Positions 7,203 through 16,080 of a stretch of 64,000 bases of DNA are shown here, in pieces. Made by a program: the position numbers and the translations under genes. The stretch's first letter is position 1. Each line of letters starts with the position of its first letter. The stretch is from assembly GCA_965242755.1 (NCBI GenBank), contig OZ251500.1, positions 1,921,339 to 1,985,338 of the forward strand, read 5' to 3'. The notes under the pieces were generated by a model. That model had not been told where the DNA came from and did not search any database. It saw nothing but the letters and a program-made list of their open reading frames with translations. This DNA comes from Dehalococcoidia bacterium (GTDB lineage: Bacteria; Chloroflexota; Dehalococcoidia; Lucifugimonadales; Australimonadaceae).

Positions 7203-9707
7203 ATGACGAACTCCCCGGAGGCGCCGCCCGGCGCGGCGGCAGGGCCCGATCTGCGCGAGCGGGCGCTCGACCTGCTCGATTTCCCCAAAGTCCGCGAGGC
7301 GCTGGCGTCCTACGCCGCGACGCCAACGTCCCGCGAGCGCGCACTGGCGCTGACGCCCGCCTACGACGCGGCGGCGGTCGCCGAACTGCAGCGAGAGACC
7401 GGCGAGGCCGCGCTGCTCCTTGACGACGCGCCCGACCTCGCTCTGGAGCGCGACCCGCGCCCTATCCTCCGCCGGGCCGCGATGGGCGCCGCGCTCTCCG
7501 GCCCGGAACTGATCGCCGTCGCCGACGCGCTGGACGCCGTGCGCCGCGCCAAGACGCTCGGCGGAGCGCAAGGGGCGCGGGCGCCGCTGCTGCGAAACAT
7601 CGCCCGCAACATCGCCGACCTCCGCCCGACGGAGCGCGAGATTCGCGCCAAACTCACGCCCGCCGGAGAGTTGCGCGACGACGCAAGCCCGCTCCTCGCG
7701 CGGCTGCGCGCCGAAAGCCGCAACGCCTATCAGCGGGCGGCGAACGCACTGCAGGCGCGCATCGACTCCGGCGAGGCGGCGGACGCGCTGCAGGACAATC
7801 TCTTCACCGTCCGCGGCGAGCGGCTCGTGCTGCCCGTCAAGGCCGACTTCAAGGGCAAGGTGCCCGGCGTCGTGCATGGAGCGTCGGACTCCGGCGCGAC
7901 GTTGTTCATCGAGCCGTTCGCCAACGTCGAGCGCGGCAACCGGTGGCGGGAGGCGGCGGACGCCGAGCAAGAGGAGGCGCGGCGCATTCTGCGAAGTCTC
8001 TCCGCGAGCGTCGGGCGCCGGGCGGGCGAGGCGCTCCACGCGATGGACTCGCTCGCTCGCCTGGATACGGCGTTCGCCAAAGCCCGCTACGCCTATTCCT
8101 ACGACGGCGCCGCCGTTCAGGAGAGCGACGGCGAGGCGCGGCTCATCGCGGCGCGGCACCCGCTGCTGGGAGCGGACGCCGTCCCCGTTTCGCTGAGCGT
8201 CGGGCCGTTCGCGACGATGCTCGTCGTCACGGGCCCCAACACGGGAGGCAAGACGGTCGCGCTCAAGACGCTCGGTCTGCTCGCGCTGATGCGGCAGAGC
8301 GGGCTGCGCCTCCCCTGCGGCGAGGAGAGCGCGATGCCCGTTTTCGACGGCGTGTACGCCGATGTCGGGGATCAGCAGAGCATCGAGCGTTCGGTGTCCA
8401 CGTTCAGTTCGCATCTGACGGCCATTGCGGAGATTCTCGCCCGCGCGACGCCGCGCTCGCTCGTTTTGCTCGACGAACTGGGGGCGGCGACCGATCCGGA
8501 CGAGGGCGCGGCGCTGGGCTGCGCGATTGCGGCGCATCTCGCGGAGCGCGGCGTCCTCTGCGCGGCGACGACGCACCACCGCGCGCTCGCCGCGCTCGCC
8601 GAGGAGCATCCGGCGATGGCGAACGCAAGCGTGGAGTTGGACGCCCGGACGCTGCGCCCCACGTACAAACTCTCGATGGGATTGCCGGGGCGGAGTTACG
8701 CAATGGAGATCGCCGAGCGCGTCGGGTTGGACGCGCGGGTGGTCGCGTCGGCGCGGGAGCGGCTCGGCCCCGTCCACCGCGAAACGGAGGGGCTGCTGGC
8801 GGCGATCCGGCAGGAGCGCGCCGCCGTCCGCGAGAAGTTGGACAAGGCGGAGGCCGCGCGCCGGGAGGCGGCGCAACGCTCCTCCGACCTCGCCGCGCGG
8901 ATCGAGGCGCTGGACGCGGCGCAGGCCGCCGTGGTCGAGCAAACGCGGGCGGAGTTGCGCGAGGAGGCGAGTCGCGCGCGAGCGAAACTGCGGCAAGCGG
9001 AGGCCGCCGTCGAATGGCGCGCATCGGAGGGCGGGCCGCCTCCCGCCCGCGTCGTCAGAGAGGCGTCGGAATCGGTCGAGGATGTCCGCCGCGAGTTGCG
9101 CTCGCGCTCGTGGGGGAAGCGTCCGCCCGCGCCGGGCGAGCGCAAGGCGGGGATCGCGGCGGGCGACGTCGTGGAGATCGCGCCGCTGGGCTTCAGAGGA
9201 ACGGCGCTCGCCGCGCCGGACGGATCGGGGCGCGTCGAGACGCTGGTCGGCTCCGCCCGCGCGCTGCTTGACGCCTCGCGGCTGCGGCGCGTCGGGGACG
9301 ATGCACTCGCGGCATCCACCCTCACCCCATCCCTCTCCCGCCCAGCGGGAGAGGGGGTCGGGCAAGGTCGGGCGGACACTGCCCGCGCGTCATCCTTTTC
9401 CCGCCTAACGGGAGAGGGGGGCGGGCACGGGCATGCGCCTGAGAGCGTCAGCGTTGAGGGGAGCGTTGGGATCGAATTGGACGTTCGGGGGAAGCGGGCG
9501 GACGATGCGGTTGAGGCGTTGGAGACGTACTTGGACGCGGCGCTCGCGCATGGGCTTGCGCGGGTGCGCGTCATCCACGGCAAGGGGACAGGCGCGCTTC
9601 GCAACGCCGTTTGGCGGCGGCTGGCAGCGGGCCGCGAGGCGGCGTCCTACGCGCTCGCGCCCCGCGAACGCGGCGGGGAGGGCGCGACGGAGGTGGAGTT
9701 GGCGTAG
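7203..9707 (+). CDS. mutS2: Endonuclease MutS2 (MutS ATPase core plus C-terminal Smr domain)
   Basis: Walker A VVTGPNTGGKTVALKT, STFSSHL, LVLLDELGAATDPDEGAAL, and a C-terminal Smr domain (IELDVRGKRADDAVEALETYLD...VRVIHGKGTGALR). Confidence 0.9.
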   Translation: MTNSPEAPPGAAAGPDLRERALDLLDFPKVREALASYAATPTSRERALALTPAYDAAAVAELQRETGEAALLLDDAPDLALERDPRPILRRAAMGAALSGPELIAVADALDAVRRAKTLGGAQGARAPLLRNIARNIADLRPTEREIRAKLTPAGELRDDASPLLARLRAESRNAYQRAANALQARIDSGEAADALQDNLFTVRGERLVLPVKADFKGKVPGVVHGASDSGATLFIEPFANVERGNRWREAADAEQEEARRILRSLSASVGRRAGEALHAMDSLARLDTAFAKARYAYSYDGAAVQESDGEARLIAARHPLLGADAVPVSLSVGPFATMLVVTGPNTGGKTVALKTLGLLALMRQSGLRLPCGEESAMPVFDGVYADVGDQQSIERSVSTFSSHLTAIAEILARATPRSLVLLDELGAATDPDEGAALGCAIAAHLAERGVLCAATTHHRALAALAEEHPAMANASVELDARTLRPTYKLSMGLPGRSYAMEIAERVGLDARVVASARERLGPVHRETEGLLAAIRQERAAVREKLDKAEAARREAAQRSSDLAARIEALDAAQAAVVEQTRAELREEASRARAKLRQAEAAVEWRASEGGPPPARVVREASESVEDVRRELRSRSWGKRPPAPGERKAGIAAGDVVEIAPLGFRGTALAAPDGSGRVETLVGSARALLDASRLRRVGDDALAASTLTPSLSRPAGEGVGQGRADTARASSFSRLTGEGGGHGHAPESVSVEGSVGIELDVRGKRADDAVEALETYLDAALAHGLARVRVIHGKGTGALRNAVWRRLAAGREAASYALAPRERGGEGATEVELA
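9316..9419. repeat. Repeat-family modules embedded in-frame in the mutS2 linker
   Basis: 9316-9365 (CCACCCTCACCCCATCCCTCTCCCGCCCAGCGGGAGAGGGGGTCGGGCAA) is nearly identical to the reverse complement of the intergenic copy at about 899-950. A second, degenerate hairpin module lies at about 9394-9419. Confidence 0.7.
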
Positions 9708-9886
9708 CGCGGGGGGATAGCGCAACCCTGCGCGGCGACCGCCCTGACCGCGCAGGCGCGAATCTATGCGGCGCGCAAGCGCCGTTCCTACCTCCCCAAC
9801 GCCCCGACCTGGCCGCGAAAGCGGGAACCTACTGGGCTTAATTAGACACCCTTGAGATACCATATCGGCGAACGGAGGACGACCTT

Positions 9887-10687
9887 ATGGACCTTGGCAT
9901 AGCGGGCAAACGCGCCCTAGTGACCGGCGGGACGCGGGGCATCGGCTACGCGACCGCGTTGGAACTCGCCCGCGAAGGCGTGAGCGTCGCGCTCTGCGCC
10001 CGCGACGGGGACGCGGCGCAGGCGGCGGCGAAGCGGATCGCGGACGAAACCGGCGCGGCGGCGTTCGGCTTCCGCGCCGACACCGGGGTCGCGGACGACG
10101 TTTCGCGCCTCGTCGCGGACGCGGCGGACGCGCTCGGCGGGCTGGACATTCTCGTGAACAACGCCGCCCGCGTCGGGGGAACCGGCGGGCCGGACTCGCT
10201 CGAGGAATTGAACGAGGAGATGCTGCGCGGCGACTTCGACGTGAAGATTATGGGTTACCTGCGCTGCGCCCGCGCCGCCGTACCCTATATGGAGCGCGCC
10301 GGATGGGGGCGCATCGTCAATATGGACGGCATGGCGGCGCGGAACGCGGCGGGCATCAGCGGCGGCATGCGAAACGCGGCGGTGATGAACTTCACCAAAG
10401 TGATGTCCGAGGAACTCGGGCCGAAGGGCGTCACGGTCAACGCCGTCCATCCCGCCGTCAGCCGCACGAGCGCGCTCGTCGAGCGTCTGGAGTCGACGGC
10501 GCGGCGCGAGGGGATTGCGCCGGAGGAGGCCGAGCAGCGCATCGCCAAGAACAACGCGATACGCCGGCTCGTTACCGCCGAGGAGGTCGCGGCCGTCGTC
10601 GTATTCCTCTGTTCGCAACAGGCGGGCTGCATCACGGGCGAGGCGGTCGCGCCCGCCGGCGGCAACTCGCGCTCCGTCTTCTACTAG
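9887..10687 (+). CDS. SDR-family oxidoreductase
   Basis: ALVTGGTRGIGYA glycine-rich motif and NNAA motif, with the 266-aa length typical of classical SDRs. Confidence 0.85.
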   Translation: MDLGIAGKRALVTGGTRGIGYATALELAREGVSVALCARDGDAAQAAAKRIADETGAAAFGFRADTGVADDVSRLVADAADALGGLDILVNNAARVGGTGGPDSLEELNEEMLRGDFDVKIMGYLRCARAAVPYMERAGWGRIVNMDGMAARNAAGISGGMRNAAVMNFTKVMSEELGPKGVTVNAVHPAVSRTSALVERLESTARREGIAPEEAEQRIAKNNAIRRLVTAEEVAAVVVFLCSQQAGCITGEAVAPAGGNSRSVFY

Positions 10688-10689
10688 CG

Positions 10690-11094
10690 ATGCCGCGCGT
10701 CAACATTCCCGGCAACAGCCCGTGGGAGAGCGTCATCGGCTTCTCGCGAGTCGTCCGCGTCGGCGGCGCCGCCTACGTATCGGGAACCGCCGCCACCGGG
10801 GACGACGGCGCGGTCGTGGGGAAGGGCGACGCTTACGCGCAGGCGGCGCAGGCGCTGCGGAACATTGAGGCGGCGCTGGAGCAAGCGGGCGCGGCGCTCG
10901 CCGACGTCGTTCGGACGCGCATCTACGTCACGGACATCGCCGACTGGGAGGCGGTCGCCCGCGCCCACCGCGAGGCGTTCGGGAGCATCCGCCCCGCCTC
11001 GACGCTCGTGGAGGTCAGCCGCCTCGCGGACCCGGAGATGCTGGTCGAGATCGAGGCCGACGCGGTCGTCGCCGCCGACCAGGACGGCCGCTAG
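10690..11094 (+). CDS. RidA/YjgF-family (Rid) protein
   Basis: The in-frame ATG at 10690 gives MPRVNIPGNSPWESVIGFSRVVRVGGAAYVSGTAA...VRTRIYVTDI...STLVEVSRLADPEMLVEIEADA, which is a RidA-like fold signature. Confidence 0.8.
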   Translation: MPRVNIPGNSPWESVIGFSRVVRVGGAAYVSGTAATGDDGAVVGKGDAYAQAAQALRNIEAALEQAGAALADVVRTRIYVTDIADWEAVARAHREAFGSIRPASTLVEVSRLADPEMLVEIEADAVVAADQDGR

Positions 11095-11131
11095 AGCGTC
11101 GCGGCGCCCGCCTCCTGCGCGGCGCGAATCT

Positions 11132-11995
11132 CTATACGCGCCTACCGTTCCGCTCAAGGCGGCGCAAACGCTCTTCCAAGTCCCGCGCCCGGGCGCGCTC
11201 CGCGTCAAGGGCCGCCTGCGTTTCGTGGAGGGCGCCCTGCGAGTCGCGGAGCGCGCCCTGCGTTTCGTGGAGCGCGCCTCGCGCCTCGCGCAATTCGCCC
11301 TGCGAGTCACGGAGCGCGCCTTGCGTTTCGTGTAGGGCGCCCTCCGCTTCCTCCAACGCGGATTGCGTTTCCTCGAAGGTAAGGAGGTACTCCCCCGACG
11401 CGGCGTCGTAGAACACGAGATTCCCCTCGCGAACGCAGAGGCTTAGCCCAATCGTCGGGCTTTCTCCGCAGGCCAAACCGCCCGCGTCGATGCCTAGCGG
11501 AATCTCCTCGTAGGCTCCGCCGACCAGCCGCTCGCCGGCCAGCGCGCGCCCGTAGTGGTCGCCGCCCGTCGGGTCGAACCGCCAGTACTCCGGCACGCCC
11601 ATGCTCGCGTAGAGGTCGCGCTTCTCGGTCAGGTCGCGCCGCGCCGTGCTCTTGGAGCCGATCTCCAACACGAAGTCGGGCGGTTTGCCGACCACCCATA
11701 TCAGGTAGCCGTTCTGCCGGTAGATTTCGGGCGGGTTGACGCCGAACGCGACGTAGCAGTCCGGGAGCACGCGTTTGTTGAGGTCGTAGGGGTCGTAGCA
11801 GACGACGGTGTTGCCCTCGACCAGCGCGCCGGGGTCTTTGCTGAAGCGCGTCTTGAGGGTGGTGACCGCGTCGAAGAAGTAGGGGCTTTGGTACATAGCG
11901 TCGGGCAGCGGCCTCAGGCTTGGGAGGTCTCCGGGGTCAACGGGAGGGTAGGGCCCCCCTGGGGCGGGGCGAGCGATGGGATTGACAGTTGTCAT
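11132..11995 (-). CDS. Uma2-family (DUF820) endonuclease, paralogue A, with a C-terminal heptad-repeat tail
   Basis: PDCYVAFGV...PDFVLEIGSKSTARRDLTEKRDLYASMGVPEYWRFDP is the Uma2 PD-(D/E)xK-like core. The start is set at MTTVNPIA (ATG 11995). Confidence 0.75.
   Translation of the reverse strand: MTTVNPIARPAPGGPYPPVDPGDLPSLRPLPDAMYQSPYFFDAVTTLKTRFSKDPGALVEGNTVVCYDPYDLNKRVLPDCYVAFGVNPPEIYRQNGYLIWVVGKPPDFVLEIGSKSTARRDLTEKRDLYASMGVPEYWRFDPTGGDHYGRALAGERLVGGAYEEIPLGIDAGGLACGESPTIGLSLCVREGNLVFYDAASGEYLLTFEETQSALEEAEGALHETQGALRDSQGELREARGALHETQGALRDSQGALHETQAALDAERARARDLEERLRRLERNGRRV
11216..11362 (-). repeat. Seven tandem 21-bp coding repeats (7-aa units such as GALHETQ and GALRDSQ)
   Basis: CTGCGTTTCGTGGAGGGCGCC-like units recur seven times head to tail inside the 3-prime part of Uma2 paralogue A. 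Confidence 0.85.
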
Positions 11996-12080
11996 AGCGA
12001 ACTCCGCGCCTGCTCGGCGCATTCGTCTGCGGGGGTTAGTGTAGCAGGTTCCGGTCGCGCGTACATCGTCGCGGCTCGCC

Positions 12081-12247
12081 GCGTTCGCGGGGCGCGAGCG
12101 CGTAGGACGTGCGGCGAGGAGGGCGCGACGGAGGCGGAGTTGGCGTAATGGCGAATGGCGATGCAGAGGCGCGCGGCTTCGGATCCGGAGATGCTGGTCG
12201 AGATTGAGGCCGACGCGGTCGTCGCCGATGACCAGGACGGCTGCTAG
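12081..12247 (+). pseudogene. Rearrangement scar: mutS2 3-prime-end fragment followed by ridA 3-prime-end fragment
   Basis: 12081-12109 is the exact reverse complement of mutS2 9643-9671. 12110-12148 is a near-identical direct copy of mutS2 9672-9707 including the stop. 12184-12247 copies the last ~64 nt of ridA (11031-11094) including the stop. Confidence 0.7.
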
Positions 12248-12292
12248 AGCGTCGCGGCGCCTGCCTCCTGCGCGGCGCGAATCTCTACGCGC

Positions 12293-13084
12293 CTACCGTT
12301 CCTGCTGAAGACGACGCAGGCGCTCTTCCAAGTCGCGCGCCCGGGCGCGCTCCGCGTCAAGGGCAGACTGCGAGTCGCGGAGCGCGCCCTGCGTTTCGTG
12401 TAGGGCGCCTTGCGTTTCGTGCAGCGCGCCCTCCGCTTCCTCCAATGCGGACTGCGTTTCCTCAAAGGTCAGGAGGTACTCCCCTGCCGCGGCATCGTAG
12501 AACACGAGATTTCCCCCGCGCACGCAGAGGCTGAGGCCAATCGTCGGGCTTTCTCCGCAGGCCAATCCGCCCGCGTCGATGCCTAGCGGAATCTCCTCGT
12601 AGGCTCCGCCGGCCAGCCGCTCGCCGGCTAGCGCGCGCCCGTAGTGGTCGCCGCCCGTCGGGTCGAACCGCCAGTACTCCGGCACGCCCATGCTCGCGTA
12701 GAGGTCGCGCTTCTCGGTCAGATCGCGCCGCGCCGTGCTCTTGGAGCCGATCTCCAGCACGAAGTCGGGCGGCTTGCCGACGACCCATATCAGGTAGCCG
12801 TTCTGCCGGTAGATTTCGGGCGGATTGACGCCGAACGCGACGTAGCAGTCCGGGAGCACGCGCTTGTTGAGGTCGTAGGGGTCGTAGCAGACGACGGTGT
12901 TGCCCTCGACCAGCGCGCTTGGGTCTTTGCTGAAGCGCGTCTTGAGCGTGCTGACCGCGTCTAGGAAGTAGGGGTTCTGTTGCATAGCGTCGGGCAGCGG
13001 CCTCAGGCTCGGGAGGTCTCCTGGGTCAACGGGAGGGTAGTTGCTCCCTGGGGCGGGGCGAGCGGGCTGTTGGACAGTCGTCAT
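12293..13084 (-). CDS. Uma2-family endonuclease, paralogue B
   Basis: Near-identical to paralogue A over the core. The start is set at MTTVQQPA (ATG 13084), because the longer ORF-track start would overlap the neighbouring lipoprotein gene. Confidence 0.75.
   Translation of the reverse strand: MTTVQQPARPAPGSNYPPVDPGDLPSLRPLPDAMQQNPYFLDAVSTLKTRFSKDPSALVEGNTVVCYDPYDLNKRVLPDCYVAFGVNPPEIYRQNGYLIWVVGKPPDFVLEIGSKSTARRDLTEKRDLYASMGVPEYWRFDPTGGDHYGRALAGERLAGGAYEEIPLGIDAGGLACGESPTIGLSLCVRGGNLVFYDAAAGEYLLTFEETQSALEEAEGALHETQGALHETQGALRDSQSALDAERARARDLEERLRRLQQER
12368..12451 (-). repeat. Four tandem 21-bp coding repeats (same unit as 11216-11362)
   Basis: Same 21-mer family, with 4 units here versus 7 in paralogue A. 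Confidence 0.85.
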
Positions 13085-13238
13085 AGCGAACTCCGCGTCT
13101 GCTCGGCGCATCCGTCTGCGATGGGTAGTGTAGCACAGGCTCCGGAGACATTTGCAAACCTCCCGCCCTGCCCGCTTTCGCAGGAGCGCCACCCCGCCCC
13201 CGCCATCCCCGCTTTCGCGGAAACCCACCGCCCCGCTC

Positions 13239-14156
13239 TCACCCCGCCGCCGCTTGCAGCGCGGCCTCCAACTCCTCAAGGGCCGCGTAGCCCTCGAAAC
13301 GCGCGGCGACGCGGGCGTCCGTTCCGATTACGAACGTCCACGACTCGTTGCGGTAGTGCGGAACCTGGTCTATCCCCCACTCCGCCAGATGCGGCGAGAG
13401 AACGCCTAGCGAAAGGTCGCCCTGAATCTCCTGCGGGTTGTCGTACACCTCGACGTGAATGTAGTCCGCCGCGTCCGGGTTGGCTTGCCGCAGTTCCGAG
13501 ACGGTGTCCACCTGCGGGCCGCAAGTCGCCGTCGTGCAGAACGCGGGCGAGGCGAACACGGCCACCGTCGGCCTGCCGCTGAACAGCGACTCCGCAATGC
13601 TCACCTCGTAGAGCGCAGGGTCGGCGCGGTAGTGCGACGTGATGCTCGTCAAGTCGCCCCCGGCCGACTGCAGCGTCTTCGTGTCGCTGAACGGCGCGAT
13701 CTGCCCGATGTCGCGCACGACGGACGTCTCGTCCACGCGAACCTCCAGCGCCGCCTTGCCGCCGTCCGCATTGACGTCCAGCCGCCACCTGCCCGCTTGC
13801 GGGAACGTAAGCGGCGTCACGTAGGAGCCGCGCGTGCCGAACGGCCATTCGTGGAACGTCGCCGTCGCCGTTTCGCCCTCCGCCTCCCCGTCAAGGAACG
13901 ACGTTCGGACGGTCGCCTGCGGAGCGCGAACGAGCGCCGTGCCCGACGCGAGCAGGAACGCCACGCGCTGCGTCCCCGTCCGCAGGACGGTCGTCGAGAG
14001 GATGGCGATCAACTCGCCGTCTTGCGCGGCGGACGCGGGAATGGGCGTGGGCGTGGGGGTCGTCGCGGCGGTCGGCGACGACGGCGCGGAGCATGCGGCG
14101 GCGAGAACGCAAGCGGCGAGGGCGGCGAGCGCCGTATGCGGAAGCGGGCGCGGCAT
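13239..14156 (-). CDS. Secreted lipoprotein with a C-terminal thioredoxin-like region
   Basis: Signal/lipobox MPRPLPHTALAALAACVLAAAC. The C-terminal part contains VAVFASPAFCTTATCGP, a Cys pair in a thioredoxin-fold-like context. Confidence 0.5.
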   Translation of the reverse strand: MPRPLPHTALAALAACVLAAACSAPSSPTAATTPTPTPIPASAAQDGELIAILSTTVLRTGTQRVAFLLASGTALVRAPQATVRTSFLDGEAEGETATATFHEWPFGTRGSYVTPLTFPQAGRWRLDVNADGGKAALEVRVDETSVVRDIGQIAPFSDTKTLQSAGGDLTSITSHYRADPALYEVSIAESLFSGRPTVAVFASPAFCTTATCGPQVDTVSELRQANPDAADYIHVEVYDNPQEIQGDLSLGVLSPHLAEWGIDQVPHYRNESWTFVIGTDARVAARFEGYAALEELEAALQAAAG

Positions 14157-14169
14157 AGCGAACGCGCTC

Positions 14170-15540
14170 CTAGTAGACCTCGTCGTAGGAGCCGAACGTC
14201 AGCGCGAACAGCGCGAAGTCCGGGGAGTTGGACGCGAACTTGACCTCGGCGGCGGCGAACTCCGGCAGCGCGACGGCGTTGTACAAGTCCGGCTCGTCCA
14301 CGACGAAGTAACTGCGCCCGCCCTCGATGACGATGTGCTCGCCGGCCTCGTCCGCCGTGAGCGGGCGGTAGTCGAGTTCCACGCCCGGATCCGCGTCGGC
14401 GGGCGGCAAATCGGCGATGAAAACGTCCACCTCGAACGGCTCCGTCCCCTCCGGGAAGCCGACGACGATGTTCACCGTGCGCGCGAGGAAGCGCAGCGCG
14501 AGCCAATCCTCAAGGCTTTCGGTCGACCTCGCGTGGATGATGGATTCGTCGCCGGAGCGCCATGAGCCGTTGAGGTACATAAACTGGTTGAGGTGAATCC
14601 CGGGGTCGCGGTAAAACTGGGTAAGCCCTGCGCCGTCGTAGTATTCGGGATGGGCGATGTAGAGGCCCGTCGGCGAGGAGTTGCGGTTCCACCCGCCGTA
14701 GATCTCGCGCGTCTGCCGATCCTCGAGCGAGGACGCCTCATACGCTCTTCGGTCGGCCTCCGGCCCCCGATCCGGGTTCACGGCGATGTCCGACACGTCG
14801 CCGCCGGCCTCTTCGAGCAGTTCGCGGATGAGGCGCTCCGTCTCGTCGTAAGCGCCCTCGCCGAATTTTGTGTAGCGCACCACGCCGTTCGCGTCGATCA
14901 GATACTTGGCGGGCCAGTAGCGGTTGCCGTAGGCGCGCCAAGTGCGGAAATCGTTGTCCTGCGCCACCGGCCAAACGACGCGCTGCTTCTCCGATGCGTT
15001 GATCACGTTCTCCGTGACCTTCTCGTACTCGAACTCCGGCGTGTGCACGCCGATCAGCGAGAGGCCGCGGTCCGCGTACTTCGCGTGCCAGTCGCGCAGG
15101 TACGGCAGCGTGCGGATGCAGTTGACGCACGTGTACGTCCAGAAATCGATGAGGACGACGTTCCCGCGCAATCCTGCCATCGTCAGCGGCTCGCTGTTCA
15201 GCCACCGATTGACGCCGACGAACTCCGGCGCGCGGTCGCCCACCGCCCCGCCCGTGTCCCCGGACTCCGCCACCGGGGTGGACGTCGGATGCGGCGTCTG
15301 CATATCGCCGTCGCCGCCTGCCGACCCCGACCCGGAACCTCCGCCATCGCTCTCCGACTCGGAACCTGCGCCATCGCCGCCTGCCGACCCCGACGCAGAC
15401 TCCGCGACAGGCGCCGCTTCCGGCGCGGCGGACGTCGGATCCGCCTCGTCCGCTCCGCGGCAGCCCGCCGCCAGCAGCAGCAGCGCCACGACGACCGCCG
15501 CGGCAGCGGCGACCGCCAGCGCCAGCGACGCGAACGCCAT
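14170..15540 (-). CDS. Thioredoxin-like (redoxin) lipoprotein with a DipZ-C-terminal-like extension
   Basis: Lipobox LLLLAAGC. The redoxin core reads VVLIDFWTYTCVNCIRTLPYLRDWHAKYADRGLSLIGVHTPEF...NRYWPAKYLID. The start is set to MAFASLAL (ATG 15540), because the upstream part of the ORF runs through repeat modules. Confidence 0.7.
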   Translation of the reverse strand: MAFASLALAVAAAAAVVVALLLLAAGCRGADEADPTSAAPEAAPVAESASGSAGGDGAGSESESDGGGSGSGSAGGDGDMQTPHPTSTPVAESGDTGGAVGDRAPEFVGVNRWLNSEPLTMAGLRGNVVLIDFWTYTCVNCIRTLPYLRDWHAKYADRGLSLIGVHTPEFEYEKVTENVINASEKQRVVWPVAQDNDFRTWRAYGNRYWPAKYLIDANGVVRYTKFGEGAYDETERLIRELLEEAGGDVSDIAVNPDRGPEADRRAYEASSLEDRQTREIYGGWNRNSSPTGLYIAHPEYYDGAGLTQFYRDPGIHLNQFMYLNGSWRSGDESIIHARSTESLEDWLALRFLARTVNIVVGFPEGTEPFEVDVFIADLPPADADPGVELDYRPLTADEAGEHIVIEGGRSYFVVDEPDLYNAVALPEFAAAEVKFASNSPDFALFALTFGSYDEVY

Positions 15541-15784
15541 GCGCCCCCGCGCCCGCCGCTTCCGGTCGTTCTCGTGAAGGCGGGAGCCCTCACCCCGTCC
15601 CTCTCCCGTTTGACGGGAGAGGGGGGCGGATGGCGCCCGCCGCGACGCTCCGCGCTCCCGGTAGTAATCTCTGTCCGCGATGCCCACGGCGCGTTCCTCC
15701 TCCGCGTCGGTTCGCCTCGTTCCGCGCGAGCGAACGCGCATGTCGCTATAGTATCCGATTGCGCCGCTTTGCGCTCCGCCCATA

Positions 15785-15892
15785 GAGACCTTTGCATAAC
15801 CTGTCGCCCTGCCCCGCGTAGGCGGGAATCCATAGCGGAGCGAAGCGCTCCCACGTAAGCGCTCGTCATTCCCGCGTAGGCGGGAATCCAGG
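15785..15892. repeat. Composite repeat-family copy (one TIR-type end plus two CCCGCGTAGGCGGGAATCC hairpins)
   Basis: GAGACCTTTGCATAAC, then CCCGCGTAGGCGGGAATCC, then GCGCTCCCACGTAAGCGC, then CCCGCGTAGGCGGGAATCC. Confidence 0.65.
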
Positions 15893-16080
15893 AACCCGCC
15901 TAGGCTGCCGTAGGCATTCGCCCTTCAGCGCCCCATCGTCGTCTACGCAGTTATGCTCCTCTTCTACGAAGAGGAGGAGGCGCTTGCGCGGCGAGCTGGA
16001 TTCCCGCCTACGCGGGAATGACGGTAGTCCCCGCGCCGCTTGCGGCGCGCGGCGCCGCTGGTGTACGCTTGCGCTCCGCT

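Noticed and set aside
6894-9365. 823-aa ORF on the minus strand
   Set aside because: It is antisense to the well-supported mutS2 gene. Its composition is Arg/Ala/Gly/Pro-rich, typical of shadow ORFs in ~70% GC DNA. It starts inside a repeat module (MPDPLSRWAGEGWG, the same peptide as the spurious ORF at 899..1120).
11555-12148. 197-aa plus-strand ORF ending in ...EEGATEAELA
   Set aside because: It is antisense to Uma2 paralogue A for most of its length. Its apparently meaningful C-terminus is just the copied mutS2 tail fragment.
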